Under the pieces are notes generated by a model that worked only from the letters and a program-made list of their open reading frames with translations, had not been told where the DNA came from and did not search any database. A DNA stretch of 63,998 nt, the filler included, from Thraustochytrium aureum (Eukaryota), in assembly GCA_012862495.1 (NCBI GenBank). It is 6 parts of 3 records of this genome, joined end to end, with 100 filler letters (N's around TTAATTAATTAA, not from the genome) between each part and the next. Parts side by side here need not be neighbours in the genome. Positions count along the whole stretch, not along the records: positions 10,038 to 26,107 come from BLSG01000377.1; positions 26,208 to 34,391 come from BLSG01000377.1; positions 34,492 to 48,874 come from BLSG01000377.1; 3 more parts are not named here. One strand, written 5' to 3'. The position numbers were made by a program, and so were the translations under genes. Position 1 is the stretch's first letter. Each line of letters opens with the position of its first letter. Below are positions 25,065 to 35,186 of the stretch, piece by piece.

Positions 25065-25131
<67 letters not shown>
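25065..25131 (+). repeat. (AGGC)n microsatellite upstream of secreted-protein gene
   Basis: About 16 perfect AGGC units. Confidence 0.95.
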
Positions 25132-25189
25132 TGGACGGGTCGAGCGCACGCCGAGACTCCGGCCGAAGAGCCGCTCGAGGCGCGGCAAG

Positions 25190-25630
25190 ATGAAGGTGGC
25201 TGTGATCGCGACCCTGGCTGCGAGCCTTGTATGGGCTGGCCAGGGCCAAACGTGCTCACAGGACAAGATTGCGTCTGAAGGGATGTCCGACGGGGAGCTC
25301 TGCACGGACTGTGCGACGTGTGAAGGCGTAGCTGCCACGGCCGACCTGTACCTCAAGTTCAAGGAAGGGGCTGGATGCTGTAGTCTGGTTGAAGGCAAGT
25401 GCGTCACTAGCTTTGAGAACGCCACGGAGGGCCGGGTGGCCTCCTGCGTGAAGACCGTCTCCACACTAAAGCCTACGCCGTCGCCAACGCCAGCGCCAAC
25501 TCCCACGAAGGACTCCGCCGGAACGCCTTCTGCCAGCGATGGGTCTGACGGCAAGGACAAGAGCACCGGCACGAGCTTCAAGCTTATGATCCTCTCGGTT
25601 ATTGCAGCTGGGATTGTTCACGTGTTGTAG
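25190..25630 (+). CDS. Small secreted Cys-rich protein with Pro/Thr linker and GPI-anchor-like hydrophobic C-terminus
   Basis: Signal peptide MKVAVIATLAASLVWAG, 8 Cys, PTPSPTPAPTPT, C-terminal FKLMILSVIAAGIVHVL*. Confidence 0.75.
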   Translation: MKVAVIATLAASLVWAGQGQTCSQDKIASEGMSDGELCTDCATCEGVAATADLYLKFKEGAGCCSLVEGKCVTSFENATEGRVASCVKTVSTLKPTPSPTPAPTPTKDSAGTPSASDGSDGKDKSTGTSFKLMILSVIAAGIVHVL

Positions 25631-25880
25631 GCAGCCCCGCTCGGTGCGCCTTGGCGCGTTCGCTCGGCGACTGGGCCGGGAAGTCCCACCCCAAAGGCTC
25701 GGCATGGTCGCCTCTTGGGCCGGTGGGGCTTGGAATGTCGCGAGGTCGTCGCGAGGTCAGGCTTTGCATCCCCAAGTTCTCATACCATACATAAGCCTAC
25801 CGGTGAGGATCATCCTCTGAATCGTTTTTCTCTCTGTCTCGCTCGCTCTCGCGCCCGCTGAACTGCCAGCGCCCCGCATG

Positions 25881-26489
25881 CTACACTTTGGCGCATTCGC
25901 TCTGCATGGCGTTGCCCGACTCCACCCAGCGGCGCATAATAGCGTTTTTCGCGTAAATCAGGCGGCGGGCTTCCTCTTTTGCCCGCGACTTGTCCTCCAC
26001 AAAGCGCTTGGACGAATCTCGAACCCTTCGATCTTCATCCTCTCGCTCCCCTTCCAGTCTGCGCTGCCGTTCTTCTTGCAAGCGCTCGCGCGTCCGCCGA
26101 ACTTGCTNNNNNNNNNNNNNNNNNNNNNNNNNNNNNNNNNNNNNNNNNNNNTTAATTAATTAANNNNNNNNNNNNNNNNNNNNNNNNNNNNNNNNNNNNN
26201 NNNNNNNCCGCGTGAGCACGCGCTCGCGGCGCCTCCTCAGCATGGCCACCGTGGTCTGGACAGCGCGCGGGGCTTTGCTTACTGCCGCCGCTGTCGCCAC
26301 GGCCGGCCCAAGGGCGCTCCCGGTATCCAGCGTCGCGATTCTGGCGGCGGGGCTTGTGGCCAAAGTCGCGGCTTCGAGCGTCACCGCGTGGGCCGAGAGG
26401 GCGCTCTTGAGCGCTTCCACGCTGCGCTCGCGCCTGGCCGCCCTTAGTGGCGCCAGTCTTGCCTGCACCCTTGCCTCCTGCGGCGCCAT
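25881..26489 (-). CDS. Possible hypothetical coiled-coil protein split by a linker gap
   Basis: MAPQEARVQARL... is open into the gap; a charged helical ORF on the other side ends ECAKV*. The join across the linker is unverified. Confidence 0.3.
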
Positions 26490-28203
26490 GCCTGCCGCGC
26501 TTGATCGCCGATGAACGAGTCTGCATCTGCGTTGGCGCACCCGGAGATGGTGCATGGACCTGTGGCCGACCCCATCCGCGCCGCCGGATTTGTCCGAGAT
26601 TAACACCAGGACGGACGCACTGCACGCACGAGAGCGCAGCGGAGCGCTGAGCGGCGGCGGCCTGACTGGCTCGATGTGTTGGACTTTGGTTTCTCGCGTT
26701 TGAAAGTTAGATTTAACTTGGCCTCGTGGGCCGGCGCGTGCTCGAGCCTGCTGCAGGCGACCCGCCGCCCTCTGGTTTGGCCGCCACGACTCTCAAGGGC
26801 GAAAAACGCCGCTGTGTCGCAGCCTTTTCCAGCTCGAGACCAACGTCACGCGTGTATCGATTCTCATCGACCCTCGTCTGCACAAGAAACGTCGTCGTTC
26901 ACACAATCGACCGCCGGCCAACCAAGCCCCACAGCCCGCGCCGCCCTGCTCGAAGGCGAGCCCCTCTAGAGGCAGAGTACTTGAGCGCAGCAACCACGCG
27001 CTTCACTTCGTTTCGTTTCGTTTCGAACGATGTCTTCGCCACGAGGCGAGCAAGCGAGCAAGAAAACAGCACACCCGCCGACGCCACAACCAAGCAAAGG
27101 CGGCGCGAAACGAGCGGGCAGAAAACCGCGTCGCGAGAAGCAAAGGCATCGACGCCACAAGCCAGCCGCACCGCTTCGCACCGGCCAGCCCGGTCCCGCC
27201 CGCCAGGCCGCGCATTCAATCAATCAAAACAACAAAAAANNNNNNNNNNNNNNNNNNNNNNNNNNNNNNNNNNNNNNNNNNNNNNNNNNNNNNNNNNNNN
27301 NNNNNNNNNNNNNNNNNNNNNNNNNNNNNNNNNNNNNNNNNNNNNNNNNNNNNNNNNNNNNNNNNNNNNNNNNNNNNNNNNNNNNNNNNNNNNNNNNNNN
27401 NNNNNNNNNNNNNNNNNNNNNNNNNNNNNNNNNNNNNNNNNNNNNNNNNNNNNNNNNNNNNNNNNNNNNNNNNNNNNNNNNNNNNNNNNNNNNNNNNNNN
27501 NNNNNNNNNNNNNNNNNNNNNNNNNNNNNNNNNNNNNNNNNNNNNNNNNNNNNNNNNNNNNNNNNNNNNNNNNNNNNNNNNNNNNNNNNNNNNNNNNNNN
27601 NNNNNNNNNNNNNNNNNNNNNNNNNNNNNNNNNNNNNNNNNNNNNNNNNNNNNNNNNNNNNNNNNNNNNNNNNNNNNNNNNNNNNNNNNNNNNNNNNNNN
27701 NNNNNNNNNNNNNNNNNNNNNNNNNNNNNNNNNNNNNNNNNNNNNNNNNNNNNNNNNNNNNNNNNNNNNNNNNNNNNNNNNNNNNNNNNNNNNNNNNNNN
27801 NNNNNNNNNNNNNNNNNNNNNNNNNNNNNNNNNNNNNNNNNNNNNNNNNNNNNNNNNNNNNNNNNNNNNNNNNNNNNNNNNNNNNNNNNNNNNNNNNNNN
27901 NNNNNNNNNNNNNNNNNNNNNNNNNNNNNNNNNNNNNNNNNNNNNNNNNNNNNNNNNNNNNNNNNNNNNNNNNNNNNNNNNNNNNNNNNNNNNNNNNNNN
28001 NNNNNNNNNNNNNNNNNNNCTGCAGGGCCCGCAGCGGTCCGGCCTCGGGGGGGTCCCGGTGGTTTGTGCTGTTGGATGGAGGCGGGCGTTGACAGGGCTG
28101 GCTGGCCGACCGACTGCGAGCGACTGCGGGCAGCTCGGCGGCGCGGGAAGCGTCCCGCGCTCGCTCCTGCGCGCTTGGCTGGCTGCAGCTCGCGCAGAGG
28201 ATC

Positions 28204-30222
28204 ATGGGCAGTGGCTACGACCAGAGCACGGAGTTCTTTGGGTACACGTCGGTGAGCGGGCGCAGCGAGTCGGACGGGTCGAACTCTGCGGAGGTTCGAG
28301 GGCGCGCTCCAGAAGGAGAAAGCTCGAGCCTTGACAGCGAGGCAAACCTCGCTGCTCGCATCGGGCAAGAGTGGAGGCGCTTGCGCCGAAAGCCCGCGCA
28401 CAAAGTCGAAAAGTCACCCGAGAAGCAGCCGCCCACCTCGCCCATCGAACGCCGCGCCCGCCGGCACAAGCGAGAGCCGCAGCCGCCTTCCATGGTGGGA
28501 ATCGACGACCCCGCGGACTCCGGCGTGCTGCCCGAGCAGCCCTGGTCTGTCGCCGCGGGTGCCTGGCCTGGCAGGCCTGGGAAGCGCCCAAAACCAACAC
28601 CGTTAGCAGCCGCCCTCGCCTCGGAGCCACAAGCGACGACCAGCCACCCGACGGCGCGCGCACACCGCGGCCTCGTCAAGCCCAGGCGCGCGCTCGAGAG
28701 CCCCGGAGCGGGCGGCGCCGTGCTCTTCTACGGCGACTCGATCACATGGGGCATGGCGCACTGCTACACGGGCCGCTACGCGCTTACCTGGCCGCGCATG
28801 CTCCAGGACCGGCTCAAGCTGTACAACCTCCGCGTGGTGGAATCGGCGCTCTGCTCGCGAACAACGGCCTTCAACGACGTCGGGAACGAGGAGTGGATGC
28901 ACGGCTGCAAACCAGACGACTTTAACGGCGCGAAACACTTTGTACAAGAATTCGTCAGCGCCGCGCCAAAGTGGCTAGTCCTCATGCTGGGCACCAACGA
29001 CCTCAAGGAGCGCATACGCTGCAGGTTCAAGTCGCGGGGCCGCATGGACGCAAGCCTCATTGCGGCGAGCCTGTCGCAAATCATTGTGCAGGCCCGCCAG
29101 GTGCATTCAGCGTCGCCCTTTCACGTGGGCAAGCTCAACATACTCGTAGTGGCGCCTCCTCGCGTCAAGGTAAACGCTCTTGCGCGCGAGCTCGGATACG
29201 ACGAGATCTCCGAAGCGATCTCGCGAGACTTTCAGCGTGCGTACCACGAAATGTGCCGTGCCAACGACGTCTTGTTCGTGGCGCCCGACGTAAACATGGA
29301 GGCCAGCGTTGACGGCATCCACATCACGCAAGACGCAAACGTTGTCGTCGCAGAGGCGGTTTGGGGCGTCATGCGCACCGTGCTCGGCCCGCCGCGCTGT
29401 GGGCGCCCGCGTCGTCTGAAGAGTCCGAGTTCTAGCAACGGCAAACGGTTGCGCAGAATTTCCTCCCCCCGCGCGGGCAGCTCGGCGGACGCCCAGCCCT
29501 CGCCCAGCTTTGGCAATAGAGCCGTGCCTCGTCGCCGCCGGCAAGACAATAAGGCCGCGGCGACCGGGTCGCAAGCTGTGGAGGCTGACCGCGCTGGCGT
29601 GAGCGGGGCGCCATGGCCCGCGCTCGAGCACAATGCCCTGCGCCACAGCCGCCCCCAGCATCACCAGCAACCGGGAAGCGAGAGCGGTCAACAAGTGCCG
29701 GCCTTCCTGGGCAAAACCCCGCCTGTGTCCATCGCGCAGCAGGCGGGGACAAACAGCAGGGCGTATGGCGCAGTGGGAGCCGCGTCGTTTTCCCAAGCGT
29801 CGCGGCCCGTCACGTCCAATGTACCCCGAGGCGCCGACGACGCGACGCGCGAGCTTGACAAGCGCCTCCTCTCCGAGTACGCCATCGTGCAGTTCATCTC
29901 GCGCCTGGCCAAAGGGCTTGTCAAGCCGGAGCTAGTTGCACAGTTCCTGGAAGGACTTGCCAGCCTCCCAGGCAAGCCTGACGACGTTGTCCTGGGCGAG
30001 ATCGAGCGACTCAAGGACATATTGGAAAGCGCCAACTGTACCTCAGTGCTCAGCGACTTTGAATCAGTCTTAGAGACCCGTGCGGCGCTCGAAGCCGAAG
30101 CCGAAACCAACGAGGAGGAAGAGGAGGAGGAGGACGACGAGGAGGAGGACGACGAGGACGACGACGACGAGGAGGAGGAGGAGGACGACGACGAAGACGA
30201 GACCCATCGTACGAAAGTCTGA
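28204..30222 (+). CDS. SGNH/GDSL hydrolase domain protein with disordered flanks and poly-D/E tail
   Basis: Blocks FYGDSITWG, ESALCSRTT, MLGTNDLK, DGIH. Confidence 0.8.
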   Translation: MGSGYDQSTEFFGYTSVSGRSESDGSNSAEVRGRAPEGESSSLDSEANLAARIGQEWRRLRRKPAHKVEKSPEKQPPTSPIERRARRHKREPQPPSMVGIDDPADSGVLPEQPWSVAAGAWPGRPGKRPKPTPLAAALASEPQATTSHPTARAHRGLVKPRRALESPGAGGAVLFYGDSITWGMAHCYTGRYALTWPRMLQDRLKLYNLRVVESALCSRTTAFNDVGNEEWMHGCKPDDFNGAKHFVQEFVSAAPKWLVLMLGTNDLKERIRCRFKSRGRMDASLIAASLSQIIVQARQVHSASPFHVGKLNILVVAPPRVKVNALARELGYDEISEAISRDFQRAYHEMCRANDVLFVAPDVNMEASVDGIHITQDANVVVAEAVWGVMRTVLGPPRCGRPRRLKSPSSSNGKRLRRISSPRAGSSADAQPSPSFGNRAVPRRRRQDNKAAATGSQAVEADRAGVSGAPWPALEHNALRHSRPQHHQQPGSESGQQVPAFLGKTPPVSIAQQAGTNSRAYGAVGAASFSQASRPVTSNVPRGADDATRELDKRLLSEYAIVQFISRLAKGLVKPELVAQFLEGLASLPGKPDDVVLGEIERLKDILESANCTSVLSDFESVLETRAALEAEAETNEEEEEEEDDEEEDDEDDDDEEEEEDDDEDETHRTKV

Positions 30223-30318
30223 CGGCGACGACAGCGACAGCAGCCAACAGGCAAGCGACGAGGCCAGCAACAGCGAGATCTATTAAAAACAAAGCTACTC
30301 GGCCCGAGCCGACCAGAC

Positions 30319-31908
30319 TCAGCTGTGCTGCGCGCACCGCTTGGGCCCAAAGTGAGCCGTCATGTCGCGAACCACTGCACGGCAAAGGAAGCAGAACGCG
30401 GTTGTGCAATTCCTGCATCGGATGTGGTTGTTCCGGTTCGCCTTGTCAGCGTGCAACCCACAAATGGGGCATTGTACAGGCCTGCCGTCGTGGCCCAAGC
30501 AGACTACATGTTGCACAGCTCCGGCGTTGTTGGCAGGCGCCACCGGATCGTGCTCGAAGAGCCTCCCAGCGCAACCTGATCCATCTCGAAAGTGTTCATA
30601 GCCCTCAAATGATACGTCTGCCTCGCAGTGAAAGCACCATTTAGTGTGGCAGTTGCCGCATGTCATCTTTGCGCAGCCGAAGATGCGCTCTGCAAACATA
30701 GAGCACGATGGGCACCTCTTCAAATCGATTTTACAGAGCACTTGAAGCGTTTTGATCTCGCTTTGCAACTCCTTGAGCCGAGACTTGTTCTCCATTCTCT
30801 TGCTTTGCAGAACGGCCAGCGACAGGCGGTCATTCAGGCTTCCGCGAGCGAGCTGACGCTCGAGCTCGGCCTTCCTCTCCAGCTCCAAAAGTTGCTTCGT
30901 AAAATCCGCGCATCCGTCTGACGGGTGGTAGGCGGTACGGCACTTCGGGCAAAACGCGTAAAGGCACTTGACACACTGCGCCAAGTCCGCTGCGTCCGCG
31001 ATGCAGATCGTTTTACAGCGCGGGCACTCGCAAACGTCGGCCATGGCCTCCAGCCCTTTCGTGAGCAGCAGCCGTTCGTACCGAACTGCCGTCTCCTCAC
31101 CGCAGATCTCCTTTACAAGTTGAGTTGGGATGACGCTCTCGCACTCCGGCTGTGGGCACACGAGCTTGTGCACCGAGCCGTCCTCGAGGTGGACATGTAC
31201 GAACCTGGAGAGGCAGTCTCCGCAGTATTTATGCTTGCACGACAGCCGGTGCATCTTATCGCCGGGGATCGAGTCAAAGCATGTGCCACATTCGTGGACA
31301 CGCGCGGTAAACGCGGCTTGATCAAGTTCTGCAGATTTGCTATGCAGCAGTGCGAACTCGGTTTGGTTCACGTGGCCCACCTCCGCATACTGCCAGGCTT
31401 CGTGCTGGAGGTACTCGAACCACTCGAGCAGAACCATGCACCCAGGCTCGTGCTTGGAGCGAAGCGCAAGGGTCAGCGCCGACGTTGCCGACTCTCCAAG
31501 CCACGGAGCAGCCACCCGGAATTGCGGCGGGCACGCGATGNNNNNNNNNNNNNNNNNNNNNNNNNNNNNNNNNNNNNNNNNNNNNNNNNNNNNNNNNNNN
31601 NNNNNNNNNNNNNNNNNNNNNNNNNNNNNNNNNNNNNNNNNNNNNNNNNNNNNNNNNNNNNNNNNNNNNNNNNNNNNNNNNNNNNNNNNNNNNNNNNNNN
31701 NNNNNNNNNNNNNNNNNNNNNNNNNNNNNNNNNNNNNNNNNNNNNNNNNNNNNNNNNNNNNCTCGACCTCGGCGCCTCGGAGCTCCTCGTCCATGCTGCC
31801 TTCTCCCTCCGCTGCGGCAGCCCACTGCGGCGCATCGGCATCAAGCACGCAGCTCGCATCCTTCACGAGGCCGAGCGCATTCGGCGCGCCATCGCACGAG
31901 CTGCTCAT
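30319..31908 (-). CDS. RBR E3 ubiquitin ligase (RWD-RING-IBR-RING, RNF14/ARA54-like), internal gap
   Basis: RWD-like PPQF...WL; RING1 CGTCFD..CKHKYCGDC..CPQPEC; IBR CPRC..C..CLYAFCPKC..YH; RING2 CPSC...GCAKMTC; extra CPIC..NNHIRC..C...FCFLC. Confidence 0.88.
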   Translation of the reverse strand: MSSSCDGAPNALGLVKDASCVLDADAPQWAAAAEGEGSMDEELRGAEVEXXXXXXXXXXXXXXXXXXXXXXXXXXXXXXXXXXXXXXXXXXXXXXXXXXXXXXXXXXXXXXXXXXXXXXXXXXIACPPQFRVAAPWLGESATSALTLALRSKHEPGCMVLLEWFEYLQHEAWQYAEVGHVNQTEFALLHSKSAELDQAAFTARVHECGTCFDSIPGDKMHRLSCKHKYCGDCLSRFVHVHLEDGSVHKLVCPQPECESVIPTQLVKEICGEETAVRYERLLLTKGLEAMADVCECPRCKTICIADAADLAQCVKCLYAFCPKCRTAYHPSDGCADFTKQLLELERKAELERQLARGSLNDRLSLAVLQSKRMENKSRLKELQSEIKTLQVLCKIDLKRCPSCSMFAERIFGCAKMTCGNCHTKWCFHCEADVSFEGYEHFRDGSGCAGRLFEHDPVAPANNAGAVQHVVCLGHDGRPVQCPICGLHADKANRNNHIRCRNCTTAFCFLCRAVVRDMTAHFGPKRCAQHS

Positions 31909-32198
31909 CGTGGCGAGCGACCGAAGCGCGGCGCACTCGGCAGCCCTCGAGCGCCCCGGGCAAGAGAAAGCACGCGCGGAGAGTAGAGTACCAACCTGCT
32001 CACCGAGTTGGACGTGGGCTCGTTGTGGCTTTGAGCCATTGACGCCGCGATGATGTTGAACTCGGCCAGAATGGGTCACGTGCAAGGGACAAGTGGAAAA
32101 AGGTGCGCGAAACAGTCCAGAATTGTTCTGCTGGAGCGACTACTCGAGTGCTCCGGACAGGAGCGTTCGCAGATTGACTCGGATAGGATCGCTCGAGT

Positions 32199-34085
32199 TC
32201 AGGTGCTCCTTGCCGCCGCCCGCAGCACGACGCCCTTGGGGTTGAGCGTCAGCCACAGGATCGGGTCGGGCTGGAAATCGTCGTTCTCGACCAAGTCGAA
32301 CTCGAAGTTTTGCAACAGCTTGATCTGCAAGGCGCGCCCGGGCCCAGCGCGATTGAGTCAGTCAACAAGAACGTGAAAGCACGCGAGCGAGAAGGCGAGC
32401 TGGCTGGCTGGATGGCAGGTCCGGCCTAGCTCTGCCAGCTTGGCGCGATGTTGTGGCGCGCTGCACCCTCGCTGCCACGACCGCAAACCAACAATCCGTC
32501 GCCCGTCAACTTACCACTGCAATGCGGAGTTCGCTCAGTGCGAGGTTGCGCCCCACGCAGTTGCGCATGCCCAGCGAGAAAGGAAAGTATGGCATCGAGT
32601 GCCCAAACACAGACACCTTGGCCTTGAGCGTCGAGCCTTCAGCCTTTGCTTGCTTCGAGTCCTCGAGCCATCGTTCGGGGCGAAACGAGTTTGGGTCCTC
32701 GTAGTGGTCCGGGTCACGCTGCGTCAGGTACGGAAACAGAACCAGCTCGGTACCTTTCGGAATGATGTGGCCGTCGAGGTCGACGTCCTCGAGCGTATTC
32801 TTCGTAAACCCTGCCGAGGGATATAACCGCAACGACTCGAGCAGGCAGGCGTTCAGGAACGGGAGCTGGTCCAGCTGGTCAAACGTCGGGTTGCTTGACG
32901 GGTCGGCGCCGAGAACGCTTTCAAACTCGGCCCGCACCCGCGCCGTGGCAGCCTTGTCCTGTGAGAGGAGGTACATGGTCCAGGTCAAGTTCGCTGCGGT
33001 CGTGTCGTGGCCCGCAAAGAGCAGCGTGTTGATGTTCCAGGCGATCTGGGCGTCGGAGAGCGGGCTTTCTTCGCGGCCTTCCTCGTCCACGGTTTTCGTG
33101 GTGAGCATGATATCCAACAAGTCGCGCGGCTTTTCGCCGGGCGGCCGCGTACCGAGCTGTGCCCGGCGCTCGCGGACGATCGTCTTCACGACGCCGTCGA
33201 GGCGCTCGATCGCGCTGTCAAACGACCTGTTCCACGGGATGAACGGCATCGAACGCAGATAGTGCAGCGGGGGGATCAGGATGCGCGCGTTCAGGACGCG
33301 CAGGATAGTGTTGAAGCTGTCGTACAGCGGTGCGTCAGCCGTCGTTGGCGCAGTCACGGATCCAAAGTCATACGAGAAGGCAAATTTGCCGAGCACGTCC
33401 ATCGTGAGCTTGAGCGACTCCTCAAGGACGTTGATCTGCTCGCCTTTGGCAGCGTAGCCGTGAAACTTGTCGACCAGAAGCTGGACTGTCGCGGTGATCT
33501 GCGGCACGCTGCGCCGCATGATGTCATCCTTGAAACCGTGGTCCAAGACGTGGCGCTGATTTGCCCACTCCGTGCCAGACGTGCTCAGCACGCTGCGTCC
33601 AATGAGCTGGCCCGACACCGTGTACGAGTGGCCTTTGCTGAATTTTTCTTGGTTTTCTTTGCCAGCATCGCGCGAGCCTTGCTCATTCCAAACACGACAA
33701 CCGTGTTGAGCGAGTGCAGCGGGAAAGCGCGGCTCAAGCGAGTGTTGAGAAACCAAAAGTTGATCAAGCCTTCCCTCCGCAGCGCGTCGTCGCCCTGGAG
33801 GATGCGTCGCAGAGCCCCAGGGAAGGAGTCGCGCATGTTGTCCAACGTGAGCGTTTTGTCACCCACGAAGAGGGGGCTCGCGCCGTACCCGAGAATGGCA
33901 TTCTCTTCGCCGCCGGCCGGCAGCGCAGGGAGCTTGCACGTTAGCGCGTGCCTGCGCCGCAACTCCAGGAGGGCCTGGACGACCTTGAGCAGCTTGCTCG
34001 CGAGCCAGGCGGCGACGAGCGCTTTCGCAACGGAGGCTGCGACCTTTGCCGCGTTGGCCCGCTTCGCAACGGCCATTGCCATCAT
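32199..34085 (-). CDS. Cytochrome P450; intron 32325-32514; frame change near 33690-33750
   Basis: N-terminal anchor, I-helix AGHDTT, ESLR, PERW, heme motif FSLGMRNCVG; last exon IKLLQNFEF...PKGVVLRAAARST*. Confidence 0.92.
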
Positions 34086-34491
34086 CCTCTCTCCTCAGCG
34101 CGCTGCCGCACGCGCGCCTCCTGCCTTTCGATTGTTGACCGCTCAAATCAATCACGGCTTTGGTTTCTGTTCTGTCTGCTCTGGCCTTGGCGCCTCGGCG
34201 TTGCACAATGCGAGCCCTTTATTCTGCTCTGGTTGAAGATCATCAGCGCCAGTCTCGTTGGCCCGTTGTTGTGTCCCGTTGTTATGTCCGCCACCACCGT
34301 TCGCTCCAAAAGGGATGAATCCCTGTCCTGTCTGCGGTGTGCGTGATGAGCTGACTCGGACAGCTAACCGTTCAATCAAGCCATCTGCACTNNNNNNNNN
34401 NNNNNNNNNNNNNNNNNNNNNNNNNNNNNNNNNNNTTAATTAATTAANNNNNNNNNNNNNNNNNNNNNNNNNNNNNNNNNNNNNNNNNNNN

Positions 34492-35085
34492 GATGAGGTC
34501 CATCGACCCCACATCGGCTTGGACGCCGCGCGCCTCGAGGGGCCAGCTGCGCTCAATGCGGCCTCACCCATCGACGGATTGGACCAATGGGACGCGATCC
34601 AGAGCGGAAACCCATCGCCACGGCATTCCATTCTGCACAATGTACAGCCCGAGTGGGCGGTCCACCCGCGCCTGCCGTCCGACGCGGTGCGCGTTGGTGA
34701 CTGGAAGCTCCACGTACGAACAAATGGTGCGGCAGGCATCGTGGCCCCGCCCGGCTTTGCAAGCGCGCACCCCGAGAAGCCGAGGCCGTTCAACGAGACG
34801 CTGTTTCTTTTCCATATACCGTCTGACCCCACAGAGTCGACCAACTTGGCGGCTCAGCGCTCAGACAAGCTTGGCGAGCTCCTCGCGTTCTATCGTGCGG
34901 CGCAAGGCAAAGCAAGGCCTGACCTCTTTCTCCGGTGGGGCTGGTCGGACCCCGCCGGGGACCCGGCGCGTCGGAGCGATCGAGCGTGGGGGCCCTTCAA
35001 CGGCACGGGGTCGAGCTGCGCGTACGGGCGCGAGTTCGCAGAGCCCGAACCTTGGCAACCGGAAGCGGCCCTCCGACTCCAGTGA
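34492..35085 (+). CDS. Arylsulfatase B/I/J-like sulfatase, C-terminal fragment
   Basis: IDGLDQWDAI..G.PSPRHSILHN, AVRVGDWKL, LFHIPSDPTESTNLA, WGPF. Confidence 0.8.
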   Translation, partial: DEVHRPHIGLDAARLEGPAALNAASPIDGLDQWDAIQSGNPSPRHSILHNVQPEWAVHPRLPSDAVRVGDWKLHVRTNGAAGIVAPPGFASAHPEKPRPFNETLFLFHIPSDPTESTNLAAQRSDKLGELLAFYRAAQGKARPDLFLRWGWSDPAGDPARRSDRAWGPFNGTGSSCAYGREFAEPEPWQPEAALRLQ

Positions 35086-35186
35086 TGAAACGGTAAAAGT
35101 GTAGCAACGTTTGATGTTTCGGAGGCGCGAGTTGCCCCTGCCGCGCTCGAGCTGCTTGCAGCGTGCCTTCTGTTTGAAGGAAACTA

